Assembly: GCF_006345805.1 (NCBI RefSeq)
Contig: NC_042998.1
Span: 40,734,001-40,798,000 of the forward strand
DNA: 64,000 bases
From: Octopus sinensis
Lineage: Eukaryota
Direction of reading: 5' to 3'
Below are positions 13,474-25,575 of this stretch, one piece after another. The notes under the pieces are model-generated. The model did not search any database. It worked only from the letters and a program-made list of their open reading frames with translations, and had not been told where the DNA came from. The position numbers and the translations under genes were made by a program. Numbering within the stretch: the first letter of the stretch is position 1; every line of letters starts with the position of its first letter.

Positions 13474-14291
13474 GAACACTCCCTGTTCATAAAAAGAAAA
13501 AAAAAAGATTAGGATGATCATGAATGAAATGCTTTTTCTTACAGATCTGCTTGATCAGAGCTGATTTTAAGGCTCAACAATGACAACAGCAGCAACAGCA
13601 GTAACAAACAACAGCAACAAAATAGCAGCAGCAGGAATTATAGTAGCAACATTGACATTGACAACAATAACAACTATCTCTGTCTGAAACCAGGTTCTGA
13701 TCATTTAACTCCTCAACATGGGTTTAAGCTTCAGGCAGTGTAGAGGAAATGTGATTTTTGTTAGTAAGGCAATGTAACAACTGTTCAATTACATTAGACC
13801 ACATTACTGAAGAAAAGTATTTTTAGCCCCGCTTTGATCAGCGGACAGAGATATTTACAAATAGAAAGAGAGTTACAAAAATTTTGGTTAGCATAATTTT
13901 AAAATTACAAAATATGAACTTAGGAAAATAACATAAGTGAGCCAGTGCCTTAAATCAGATTTTATGCTTTAGCATGAAAATTAAATTTTCAGTAAAATTA
14001 AGTTTTTATTTCTTGAAATGACCACTACTTTTCTCTGTGAATTACTAAGAATAATTGTCAGGTTTCTGTTTTCTTTCTCCAACTAAAATGTAAAATTCAA
14101 TTTATTTTAAAATCTTCTCAGATGTTATTCAGTAAATTGCCACCTACTTGAATTATCTAAGTTCATGTCATTGAATCACTTCATTTATTTCCCTTAGCTC
14201 TCTTTTTGTGAATATGAAAGTATATCATTTCATGTTGATGAAATTCAGAAATGATCCAAGCTAAATTCAATAATGTTAGAATTCCAATAAT

Positions 14292-14855
14292 TCAAGAAGG
14301 CTTAAATTTTCCAATAGCATAACAATGTCGAAACTGAGAAATGTGTATAAATGAGCCCCTTTTACACTCTTCTATCCACAGAAATGGTTGGCATTCAGAA
14401 CAAATCATATTCATATGATATAACTGATGTCTTTCCACTTGCAGAAAATGATCTTCAGAGTAGTTCTCAAATTCTTTTGATTTCTCTTCATCATGAAAGC
14501 ATACAGAGTGAATGAAAGGTGATTGCACACCTACTCTGGCAAACACATGTTCCCTTGCTTCATCTTGAGATTAAGCCTTTGCATTTTCAGTTCATGCAAT
14601 ATTCTCTCCATTAGTGCCCATCAAATGCTGTCATAACATATTGTTTTCTTTTTGAGTATTTCATGCAAGAGTGGTTTCATTAGCATGCATCAATTGCTTT
14701 TGCTCACATTGGAATTTATGAATCACAACTCTTCCCCTTTTCCATTTTGATTGTCTTCTCCATCACACATTTTTTGTTTGTTTGTTTTTTTCAATAGCAT
14801 CCTTGGCCCTTTCTGACTGCTTTTTTTTTCTTTCCAGTGGATCTTCTTTATCCAT
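14292..14855 (-). pseudogene. Helitron RepHel N-terminal remnant (charged repeats plus Cys cluster)
   Basis: MDKEDPLERKKKQSERAK; then one frame with stops through SQDEAREHVFAR and VERHQLYHMNMICSECQPFLWIEE...FRHCYAIGKFK, matching Helitron HxLGxMxxxCxxCxAxxWxxE...FxxCCxxGK. Confidence 0.7.
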
Positions 14856-14995
14856 AATGTATATGTATAGACAAACAAAATTTTTTTTCATATTGTTTAA
14901 TATTGGCTCAATGATGGTTAATTACACTACTTAACCTTGTATTATTGGTTAAAACTTAAATTGTCTACCATACCCTTTGTGATTTGGATGTGGGT

Positions 14996-15385
14996 ACTCT
15001 CTCTTTTACTCTTTTACTTGTTTTAGTCATTTGACTGCGGCCATGCTGGAGCACCGCCTTTAGTTGAGCAAATCGACCCCAGGACTTATTCTTTGTAAGC
15101 CTAGTACTTATTCTATCGGTCTCTTTTGCTGAACTGTTAAGTTACAGGGACGTAAACACACCAGTATCAGTTGTCAAGCGATGTTAGGGGGACAAACACA
15201 GACACACAAACATATACACACACACATACATACATATATATATGTACATATGTATGTGGATTTATATATATAAATCCACTCACAAGGCTTTGGTCGGCCC
15301 AAGGCTATAGTAGGAGACACTTGCCCAAGGTGTCAAGTAGTGGGACTGAACCTGGAACCATGTGGTTTGTAGGCAAATTTCTTTG
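14996..15385 (-). mobile_element. SINE family A (head end eroded)
   Basis: Colinear with 13025-13473. Confidence 0.9.
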
Positions 15386-16010
15386 GAGAGAACAAATTAC
15401 AAATTATCATCAGACAAGTGATAAGCAGAAAGGATGAATAGATTTTAATACTCACGGTATACCTTAACCTGTTTATGAATTTAGGAAAAGCAAACAAAAA
15501 TAATGAAATTATTTGAATAATTTATACGAAATAAAAATGAAAGTAGGTAAAAAAAATTCTAAATGAATTGTCATAATTATTTGTGACTCTCAAACAAAAT
15601 TGGGACAAAATTTCTGCAAGAAATTAAGGATTAATTTCAGAGAAAGCTTAACTTCTATGAAAAGTTATTTACACTATGTACAGTGAGATCTGGAATGAAT
15701 ATTTGCATATTTATGCTTATCATGCCTTGGCAGCTTCAGATGTTTGCTATAATGTACATCGCAGGAGAATAACTTCTCCATCTCATAATGACAGTGTGTT
15801 CAACACACTCAGTTCAATGGTGGATGACATTCTGGAATGCTGATGTTTCAACATGAGTCTCATCAGCCAAGAACAACAGGAATTTTGAGTCTAAATGAAG
15901 CTGCTGGCTTTGTTTATACTTCTAGTGAATGATTATTTGCATATTTATTCTTAACATATGTAGGCAGGCTTAGATGGAAAATATGCAGGTCAATGTAGTA
16001 TGTATCATAT

Positions 16011-16012
<2 letters not shown>

Positions 16013-16070
<58 letters not shown>
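16013..16070. repeat. (GA)n microsatellite
   Basis: Directly visible. Confidence 0.95.
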
Positions 16071-16073
<3 letters not shown>

Positions 16074-18439
16074 TGTTATAGAGATGCATGGGTTGGATAG
16101 AGTCATTACAATTACTAGTTATACTGGCAGAATGGCACAGGAAATAAGAGAGATATTCTGTCATCCTTAGTTACATTAGTAGCATAGAATATGTAATGAA
16201 AATTAATCCAAAGTTAACAATGAGTCATTTATATGTAAATAACCAGTCTTGTTAGAAAAAGTTTTTAACAAAATATCAAACAAAATACCAATATAGCTTT
16301 GTAATCGTATAGATCACAGCTACAGTCCTAGCTGAACAAGCTCAAAACATAAAATGTAAACATTTGTCTATTCAATTTCATATTTGCTTTATGATAAAAT
16401 TGTAATTGATATTGGGAAATGTTAAGTTCTGTTATATAATTATGGAGTGAAGGGAAGTAGTTTTATTAAAGTGATTTATTGATGGCATTTTGATTTCTGC
16501 AAAGTTTTATGGTATCTTTTCATCATTTATTCTAACAAATGACATTGTTAAAATAAAATCATAATAAATTTATATCTATGAAGTCAGTATTTGTTCTTTT
16601 GAAAATGGGTTTTTAAACTTTTCTATTGCTTCATAATTATCTTTCTAAAATTCCTTATTTCTGTCATTTTATGGGAAAATAGTAACATTACTTTGCACAA
16701 AATTTGCTCACAAAGCAAGAATATTAAAAATGAAATAAATAAACATTAAAAATTAAAATTCTTCCTCTAGTGGAAACCACTTTTCCTACAATTCCTAATC
16801 TCTAATGTTTCTAATTAATTTTCTTTGAATGAGCAACTGATTTCTTGCCTTTCCCCATAAAGAAGGATAATAAAGATTTCATGGAAACACATAAAATGCT
16901 GGCTTACCATTTAATTAATAAAAACAATATTAAAAAATGGCAAACATGTTCAATAAGCTTCAATACAATATTAAATAAAAGTTATATCAAGTTTAGTTTT
17001 AGCTGAAACCAGTTAATTGTAGTTGCTATTCATTTGACTTAAGTTGCATCTTTTCATCAAAGAGATGACACAAAAGCTGCAGCAGGTGGAATTTATTACT
17101 AGTCTGAAAATTTGAAATTTGAATTCCATTCTGTTTAGTTCTATGAGCAAATAATTACTGCTATTATGCTGTATAAGGGAAATCTGCTACATTCTACTTT
17201 CCTCTTTTTTATTCTATTTTTTTCTTTTTTTCTGCTGAAACTGAAATGGATAAGAATAACTGTAGGCTGTATCAGTCATAGGCCAACACCCATCTCCACC
17301 TTTCATCATATGTTGCTTTTCAGAAGCTACTAATACTAATACTGCTTTGATCTACATGTAATACATGGAAAAGTGCTTAACTGCTTTCCTGACGTTTTCC
17401 CATTATTTTGAAACAAAGAATACTTTTCAGATATTAGAAGGGAAACATATCAGGGCTATATTTGAAAGAAACATGAAGAGGAACATGGAATCGGGTTTAT
17501 CTTACAAATAACTATATTTCTTGTGTTCATTTCAACTAAGAAAACTAATTAATTCAGCAGCCTGTTGTTTGGTGCTAACTTTAAATTTGAGAGTTTAATC
17601 GTAGGGTAATGACTCATGAGAATATCATTATGATATTTTAGCTGTAATATGGCATTTATGGAATCTGAACATTAAAGTGAAATCTAAGCTCACTGGAATT
17701 GAATTTCTTATTAGAGGTAAAATCTAGAAACCAGTAATGCTGACATTCCCATATGATACTATTCCTATGAAAGATATTTCAACTGTTTTTAGTTAACACA
17801 AATTTTATCTTACCTTTATAGTTAATATGAGAGGAAGAGAAATGCCCAGTTTTCTTAACTCTTCCACCTAGGATGGCTATGTGAGGTTAGTGCATTTAAT
17901 ACAACTTTTTATTTGTTGCCAGCTAATAATTAAAACTAAAGAAGAAATTCTGTCTGGAGAGTCTGAAATGCATTTCAAGTGCAGTTTCAAAGAATTGCAA
18001 TTCTGGGAAAAGAAATGAGTTATAAAGCCTTTTGAAAAAATGTGCACTCAAGGTAATGAAAAATGTAGCAACCTTTCTAAATGGGTCCTTGTTACTGGTT
18101 ACTGAGGATATATGGGTCTTGATTTCCTTATGAAAATGAAAGATTTGGTTTCACCTCATAAGGAACAAAGAAATTGTTCACATACAAGAAACTATTGAAA
18201 ATGCCTGTTCAAATAGCTAAAGAGAGAGAAAGAGACAATGATATGTTGTTTGATTAAATACAGACCAATATTAGCATCAATGGACCTCATCATGACAATG
18301 AATACAGTCCAACAGTAGAGGATAAAACTGTACCAGGGTTGCTTCTGATGACTCTGATAAGTGATGTTGGCCCTATTCATGGAGCTGTTAATAGGTTAAC
18401 ATCCTAAGTTGTATATCATTTCTAATGAAAGGAAGTATG

Positions 18440-19250
18440 GTTATTATATGAAACAGATTTAAGTACATATGGCTTGGTTTAATAATGAATTTAGAAGCAA
18501 TTCTGAATAAACCTCTTTGTTTCAACTTAACTCCTTGCTTCCCTGATATTGGTCCTTGCTTTCCTCTTTTTGTCAATCTTTCCAGGTATGTTGTTTTGTT
18601 TTTATGTCTCTATTTACTGTACTATTCAATCATCAAGTCATCATTAGCCTGGCTGAAACCTTGCTCCATTCACAGATTTGGTCAGTAGTTCACTGTAGGC
18701 TATCTCATAAAAACTCAGTTATGATCTATGTTGTATGTTCATTTCTCTTGTAAGTTTGTCTCTTCATATTTATCATCTAGAACTTCTTTGAACCAACGTC
18801 TGGTTGAGAGATCTTTCAGCTGCTATACTTCCCTCCTACACACTGTGTTGTGTCTCATTTAGCTTTTATTCTGAAGTCACTGATCACTAGTCTATATTGA
18901 GTGATATATTCAACACTAGGGAAGGACTTAGTATTATAAGCAGCTTTTTTTATCCTGTTGAGTATTATGCTAGTAGGTGATCAGGTGGCTAAACAGCTTC
19001 CTGATGCTGGTGTTAAAAAATAAGTAGGTCATTTGTATCACAGCACTAACTCCAAGAATGCTGTTCATTTTCATTCTTTGTACCTTGTACATAATCTTCA
19101 ACACTGGAGTAGCCATCAGTGCATTACTTAATATGTTTATTAAAGTTACCAACTGTGATAATGAAATTACTGTTGTTCATTGTTGAGAAAGTCTGCAAGA
19201 AGACCCCTTATAAACAGTTCTTTTTCTCATTTGTCAGTCCTGATTGAGGT
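18440..19250 (-). mobile_element. Old RTE LINE fragment (endonuclease C-terminus and linker)
   Basis: Minus strand gives GNFNKH, GTKNENE, CDTNDLLIF, NTSIRKLFSHLITY, NTKSFPSVEYITQYRLVISDFR, TTDQICEWSKV and LFRIAS, colinear with the copy at 54965-55500. Confidence 0.8.
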
Positions 19251-20944
19251 GCTTATACAGAGATCACTGCTGCTGTTATATTGCTTATGACTAGTCTATG
19301 TTTAATTCTTCTGTTACATATTCTGGCTTTATCTATTACTTTATCATTACAGAGAGGGATACACACACACATACACACACATACACGCATATATATATTC
19401 ATACACATACACATGCACAATTATGTATTAAAAAATTTTACAAACAGGATCATTTTTATCCTTAAATGGAAAATTTCAGATGTTTATTTCCTTTAGCCCA
19501 CTTTTGTACCAGACATCTCTCAGTATGGTATTTATAGCTAAATGATTTTTATCTTGTTTTATTGTATGAAGGAAGCTATGCATATTTGAATTTGCAGAAA
19601 AGTGTGATTATAGAATATTAAACAAATAATTGCATGATGCATTTTAATTTGATAATATTTTTTGCTGTTTGTCATTAATTTATTTATCTATTTAACAGGC
19701 TGCTCTCATTTGGCGATAAGTAAGGAAAAAACTGAATCAGTCTGTAAAGAAAGTGGTTATATTATACAGAAAATACTTATGTTGGATCAACAAATACAAG
19801 AAGACATAGTAATAAAATTAACAAACTAAAGTAAGCATACTAATAAAAATAAACATTAAATTCTGAAGCAACATCCAAAGGGATGTAAATCTATCAATTG
19901 AAAAAATAAATAAATTAAATAAGAAAATATTTGTAATTTAAATAAAATAAATTTATGTGTCATGAAACAGGAAAAGACATTTACCTAGCTGGAAGAGAAA
20001 TCTTAGAATAAGTATGATGATATCAAACATGATCACTTAAACTTTATTCTATTTCCTTGGGGATATCTGAACTGCAGTGCTCGGGAAATTATTTTATGCA
20101 ATGTTCTAAAGTATACTTATTGTTCATTCGTATTAACTGCATACTGTAGTATCAGAGCTAACAATAGTCTTCTAAAACAGTATGTAATTTATCAATTCTA
20201 ACCCATAGTGTTAAGAAGCATGCCATCAATAAAATTTGATATTAAACACATACTGTTATTTGATGGGACTCACTAATGATATCTAAAAATTCTGTGCCTT
20301 CAACTCGTTATAATTTATATACATACAAAATTCAGTATCTATAATTTGATGTTTTGTATAAGTACCTAAGCAAGTTATGTCCATGATTTGGTTTCCTACT
20401 GTATAGCTATAAACAGATATTTTCTTCTATCTACCTTTTCTTCTCTCTAAAATATATGAAAACTATTTTAGTAATCTGAAAACTGCTAGAACTCAGTATT
20501 TGTACTACTATGAATATATCTTCAAAGATGCTTTATTTGTGACAAAAAGCATACCTCCCACACAAAACCCTCCCCCACAAAAAACCCTGCTATTGATAAG
20601 TCAGTGTGAAAGCAATCATACTACTTTTTTACAAATTGCTTTGCACATCATATCCACTACTTATACTGCTATGTAAAATATAAATAGTATTAGCCAATAT
20701 CAATATTACATAATATTAATATTACTGATATTTGTGCTATAAAATATCTATATTAGAAGCCAGTATTAATTTTGTAAAAAGCTTTTCTCCATCAAAGTGC
20801 ATTTTATAAATGGAGAATTGGTTTTTGCATTTGAAATATCTGCATAATAAGATTTTCAGTGTCCTAATGTTCAAGGAAGAGTTATTCTAAGTTTCATTTT
20901 CGTATCTGGTTTGCAAAAGTCTTTATGTGAACTCATGTATTAAA

Positions 20945-21500
20945 ACATATTTTGCTGTAACTCAAGAGGGTCATTATGCAAATAATAAACACACACACTG
21001 GTTTTATTTCACTTCTTTTATCATTATTTGTTAATTTGTTAACATTTAAATAATCAACTAATTGATTGTTTGATTAATTGTTTGGTCAGCTAGGTTTGTC
21101 AAAGTCCTTTCATTTCCATTCATGACTTCATCAATGGCATGCCCTCTCTACTCTAGGTCTGTCTGCTTAGACCTGAAGCAGACCTGGAGTAGAGAACCCT
21201 AGCTGACTGACTAATTGATTGGTCAAATGATTAATCAAACAATGTATTAGTATATGGGTTAAATGTTAATGAATTGACTAATAATAGTAAAAGAAGTGAA
21301 ACAGCACTTGTGCTTGCACTTAGTAATTGATATAATAACTCTCTTGAAATACAACAAAATATTCCAAGATTTGTTGTCTTGGGAGAATCATTATACCAAT
21401 ATTAATAACACACACACTGGTTCAATTCCACTCATTTATTATTAGTAAATTGGTTAAATATTCACCCAACTACTAACCGATCATTTGTTTAACTTGTTGG
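20945..21500. repeat. Fold-back: ~150-bp diverged inverted arms around an inner hairpin, plus a third direct copy of the arm
   Basis: Arm 20945-21095 aligns to the reverse complement of ~21195-21362. Inner arms CTCTACTCTAGGTCTG / CAGACCTGGAGTAGAG match at 15/16. AACACACACACTGG recurs near 20990 and 21410. Confidence 0.75.
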
Positions 21501-22113
21501 TTAAACAATAAGTTTTTTAAATATTTCTTATTGCTCATCAGAGTTCTTTTGTTGTCATTTGCAACCTTTTCGGTGACTTATCTCCTTCTGAAGGTCATCT
21601 TCATTATCAACACACAAATTCACATTAAAAATCTTGCAAACCAAATACAAAAACAAAGTATTCTAAGTTTGTTTATTAATAATCTTTTATCCTATGAAGT
21701 ATACTTTTTACATTTTGAATTATACTTTCTTAAATTACCATGGAATGACTTAATTTAATAGGTTCCTTGAGTAGTGGATGATTGACTCCAGAACTGCAAG
21801 TTCACACTTTGTTTTATCTATAGATTTGTCCCCATTGCACAAATCTAAGGTCTAATATATATAGGTCTAATATATCTAGGTCTAATATATCCAAATACTA
21901 TTTGGCTATTTTAAACTACATTTGGATAAATTTTAAATATAAATAAGTTTAGTTGTCTGTGAAATGGAGAGCAACTGACTGTTAAAACATTTGTTCCAAT
22001 ATTTTAAGTGGAATGGAGAACATCTAACTGTTAAGACATTTGTTCTGGTGTATTAATAACCTACATATACCATACTTTTCAGCTTACAAGTCAACGTAGT
22101 GTGTACTGTAAAC

Positions 22114-22304
22114 CAGGGGCATATATTCCAGATGTGCTAGGTGTGCACTTCACACCCATCAAAGATGGCAAATTCATTATAAATATTAACCTTACTCATT
22201 AATTTAATCACAAATCTTAATGGAAAAATTTTATATCCCTGCTTGAAATTTGGTGGCATTGGGTGTAGTAGTATACCCAATACTAAAACCACCATATACC
22301 ACTG
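22114..22304. mobile_element. hAT-type MITE, 191 bp
   Basis: Perfect 8-bp TSD CTGTAAAC (22106-22113 and 22305-22312); TIRs CAGGGGCATATA and CAGTGGTATATG (reverse complement). Confidence 0.85.
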
Positions 22305-23873
22305 CTGTAAACACGTAGTATAAACATTCAGGCATCATTACTCTCTTTGCAAATCCTGTTGCATTTTACATAAAATCTTTAGTCCTCTGGAGTTGTCTTA
22401 TATATAAATCAATCTACCTTCTTGGGCTATAAATTTTGTTCTGAAAAATTCAACCTTTATGCTGGAAAATGTGGTGTTCAAATTTGCAAAGAACAAAACA
22501 AACATCCTGTCTTTATTAGTTTGGGAATATGGACAAGAAACAACAAACACTTGAGTTCTAATTAACTGTTTAAATTCTAATATCTGAGAAAACTGCTGCT
22601 TTCAATAATAAATACTTATATATAAAAACACTCATTATATATAAAACCATATATTTTGCAAGAACTAAAATATAATTTATGTAAAGAAAATATCTGATAA
22701 ATATTATTGCATTTACTAATAGATATATTTTAAATTTAAGAAATATAAAAAAAAATTTTTTTAAAGAATTCTACTCTTCAAAAGGGAATGAAATATTTCT
22801 TTATCTTTATCATTAATATCATTGTTAATATTGTTATTCCTGCCTTCACTCTACCTGCTACTAATTACCCACCACCACCAATATCACTATCGTTGCCATA
22901 GAAGCATGTTTGAAGTAGTATTTTCACGTTACATTTTCATTTTCAATTAAAATATCTTTATAAATACTACAGAATGAAGGGAAAAAATTTCTCCCTTGGA
23001 GTGACAGAGCAGAAGGGAATTTCATGAGAATATGTGAATATTTTTAAGAAGGTTGCAAAAGAAGATAACTGTCTGAAGCAAATCATGCAATTCACTGATT
23101 GGTATGAGTGTGTGCCTTCCAAGCCACTTAACACATTAACCTTAGTTATGCATTTATGGTGGTACTAAGTGCAGTAATAATGGTTTTGGCAGTAGTTGAT
23201 AGTAATATCTTCAGGGAATGAGTACAAAATTCATTGCTCTCATTGCAAATTTCAAGAGTACCTGACCTAATGTGAAATTAAGAGAAGGAGGTAAAAAAAA
23301 AATGAAAAAAGAGAATATCTGTGAATAAACCTTACATGAGCAACAAGAAGAAAGCATGAATAAGAATAGATGGATAAAAGAAAAAATATATAAATAAAAA
23401 TTTACTGTTGGAAAGTCTTCTTAAAAAGAAGGACATTTTAGTTCTGGTGACAGTCTAGTTTATAATAACTGAAAAACGCTCTTCACTCCTGAATGGCTTC
23501 CTAATAAGAGATGCTTCAATTGAAGAATGATTTTAAGCAAGTGCAAATCCTGAAAATGTCTAATCTGTTTGTGCATAGATCACACAAGTACAATATTCAC
23601 ACACACACACATGCATGTACACACACACACACACACACATTGTTTACAGTTCCATTAAGATAGAATTGATAGAAATGTACTCCAAGTCAGAGATAAATAT
23701 CATTTAATGCACACTATTTAAATGAGAGATATTAACAGTTTCTTGCCATTGAAACATGGCTAGGCAGATTTTTGTAACATGTCTTGTGTTTCCCAGCAAT
23801 CTTCGGGTTCTTCAGGTTCTTTATCTCTTTCTACTTGTGTATATTTATATCTACTTATGTTTGTGCGTGCGTG

Positions 23874-23904
<31 letters not shown>

Positions 23905-24189
23905 TGAAAGAGGGACCTTCAAAGAGAAGGGAAGGAAGAGAGAAAGAGAATGCTCATGGGTGGGTGAAAGGCTCCATGTGCATGTTTCTATCAATTTATC
24001 TATCTCCCTCTTTCTTTCTCTCTCTCTCTATGTGTGTGTGTATATGTATATATATATATATTTGTGTACAACATGGTGTGAATCAAAAAGGCTGAAATTA
24101 ATTTAAATATTAGCAAGCCAAGCTGTGAGAAGAAATTATAAGAATGGAAACCCACCCCTTCTGTGCTTTTGATTCTAGAAAGAAATTGG

Positions 24190-24324
24190 GTGCCTCCTGA
24201 ATCAGCAAAGGAGGTGTCATACTCAATGAGTAGTACAGCAGCATAATTTCAACTACTGCAAAAGTAAAGGGCATACTTTGGAAAGGAACAAATACAGAAG
24301 CATCAAACTGATGAATCAAGCTAC

Positions 24325-24325
<1 letters not shown>
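24190..24325 (+). mobile_element. Short internal RTE RT fragment
   Basis: GGVILNE*YSSII...KG...KLMNQ, homologous to 55815-55935. Confidence 0.6.
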
Positions 24326-24356
<31 letters not shown>

Positions 24357-24360
<4 letters not shown>

Positions 24361-24556
24361 GTAATATGTGACAATTATTTGGTAGCCATGATAAAACTCT
24401 GAGTTTCGGATGCTGAGGTGGAAATCCACACCGCCATCTCTTCAGTTTTATCACGGCTGCTGAATAATTGTCACATATTACATTTATAGATAAATTCCTC
24501 TATTTACATAATATCGAGGTCTCTTTCTTTCTTTTGTTGTCTTACCATTTTTATCA
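24357..24556 (-). mobile_element. ~200-bp (TA)n-flanked element with a 130-nt fold-back enclosing a hammerhead-like motif
   Basis: Arms 24357-24398 and 24444-24485 are complementary (first 23 bp perfect). The minus-strand loop reads CTGAAGA-GATG...CATC-C-GAAAC-TCAGA-GTT. Confidence 0.65.
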
Positions 24557-24573
24557 ATATATATATAAATGTA

Positions 24574-24855
24574 TGTGAATGGATTTGGTAGACAGAAACT
24601 GAAAGAAGCCCATCGTATATATGAATATATATATATGTATGTATGTGTGTGTGTTTGTGTATTTGTGTTTGTCCCCCCAGTATCACTTGACAACCGATGC
24701 TGGTGTGTTTATGTCCCCATAACTTAGACGTTCAGCAAAAGAGAATGATAGAATAAGTACTAGGCTTACAAAGAATAAGTCCTGGGCTCGACTAAAGGTG
24801 GTGCTCCAGCATGGCCGCTGTCAAATGTTGAAACAAGTAAAAGATTAAAAGAGTA
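24574..24855 (+). mobile_element. 5'-truncated SINE family A
   Basis: GGATTTGGTAGACAGAAACTGAAAGAAGCC, internal microsatellite, 3' body and AAGTAAAAGA tail. Confidence 0.9.
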
Positions 24856-25162
24856 TCATTTATTTAGTCTGATTTAGCTTGGTTTCTATGGTTGGATGCT
24901 CTTCCTGACGCCAACCACTTTACTGTGTGTACTGGGTGCTTTAAGGTTGCACTGGCACAAGCGTTTTTATGTAGTGCCAGCATGAGTGCTTTTTATGTGG
25001 CATTGACACAGAGCTTTTGCAGGTCAATCTTTTTTATCAGGGGGAGTGACATTAACATTTCTACTGTGGAGGACATGCCTTCTTGAGTACATATATAGAT
25101 ACATTCATGTGTGTGTGTGTATGTGTGTATGTGTGTACATATATAATGTTATTATTGAATAG

Positions 25163-25575
25163 TAGGGTGACCTGCTGTGCTTGAGGAGACCTATTGAGTC
25201 AAGTACATTGACATCAAAATAAATATCAAATGGAAATTGTAGTTGTGATACCTGTGCCAGTGGCATGTAAAAAGCACCATCTGAACGTGGCTGATGCCAA
25301 CGCTGCCTTGACTGGCTTCTGTGCCTGTGGAATGGAAACAGCACCAACCGATCATGGCTGCTGCCAGCCTCCCCTGGCATCTGTGCTGGTGGTGCGTAAA
25401 AAGCAGCCACTACACTCACGGAGTGGTTGGCATTAGGAAGGGCATCCAGCTGTAGAAACACTGCCAGATCAGACTGGAGCCTGGTGCAGCCTCCTGGCTT
25501 CCCAGACCCCGGTCGAACCGTCCAACCCGTGCTAGCACGGAAAACAGACGTCAAACGATGATGATGATGATGATA
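25163..25575 (+). mobile_element. RTE 3' UTR and tail without coding part
   Basis: ~60-bp modules, GGAGTGGTTGGCATTAGGAAGGGCATCCAGCTGTAGAAAC and (GAT)n. Confidence 0.85.

Noticed and set aside
18265-18408. Open plus-strand frame TNISINGPHHDNEYSPTVEDK... after an AG
   Set aside because: Weak donor, no recognisable family, and adjacent to an antisense decayed RTE.
19699-19830. 132-nt segment with a strong acceptor and a GTAAGC donor
   Set aside because: All three frames contain a stop (the best ends in TAA just before the donor) and there is no recognisable product. It could be a non-coding exon, but this is unsupported without RNA-seq.
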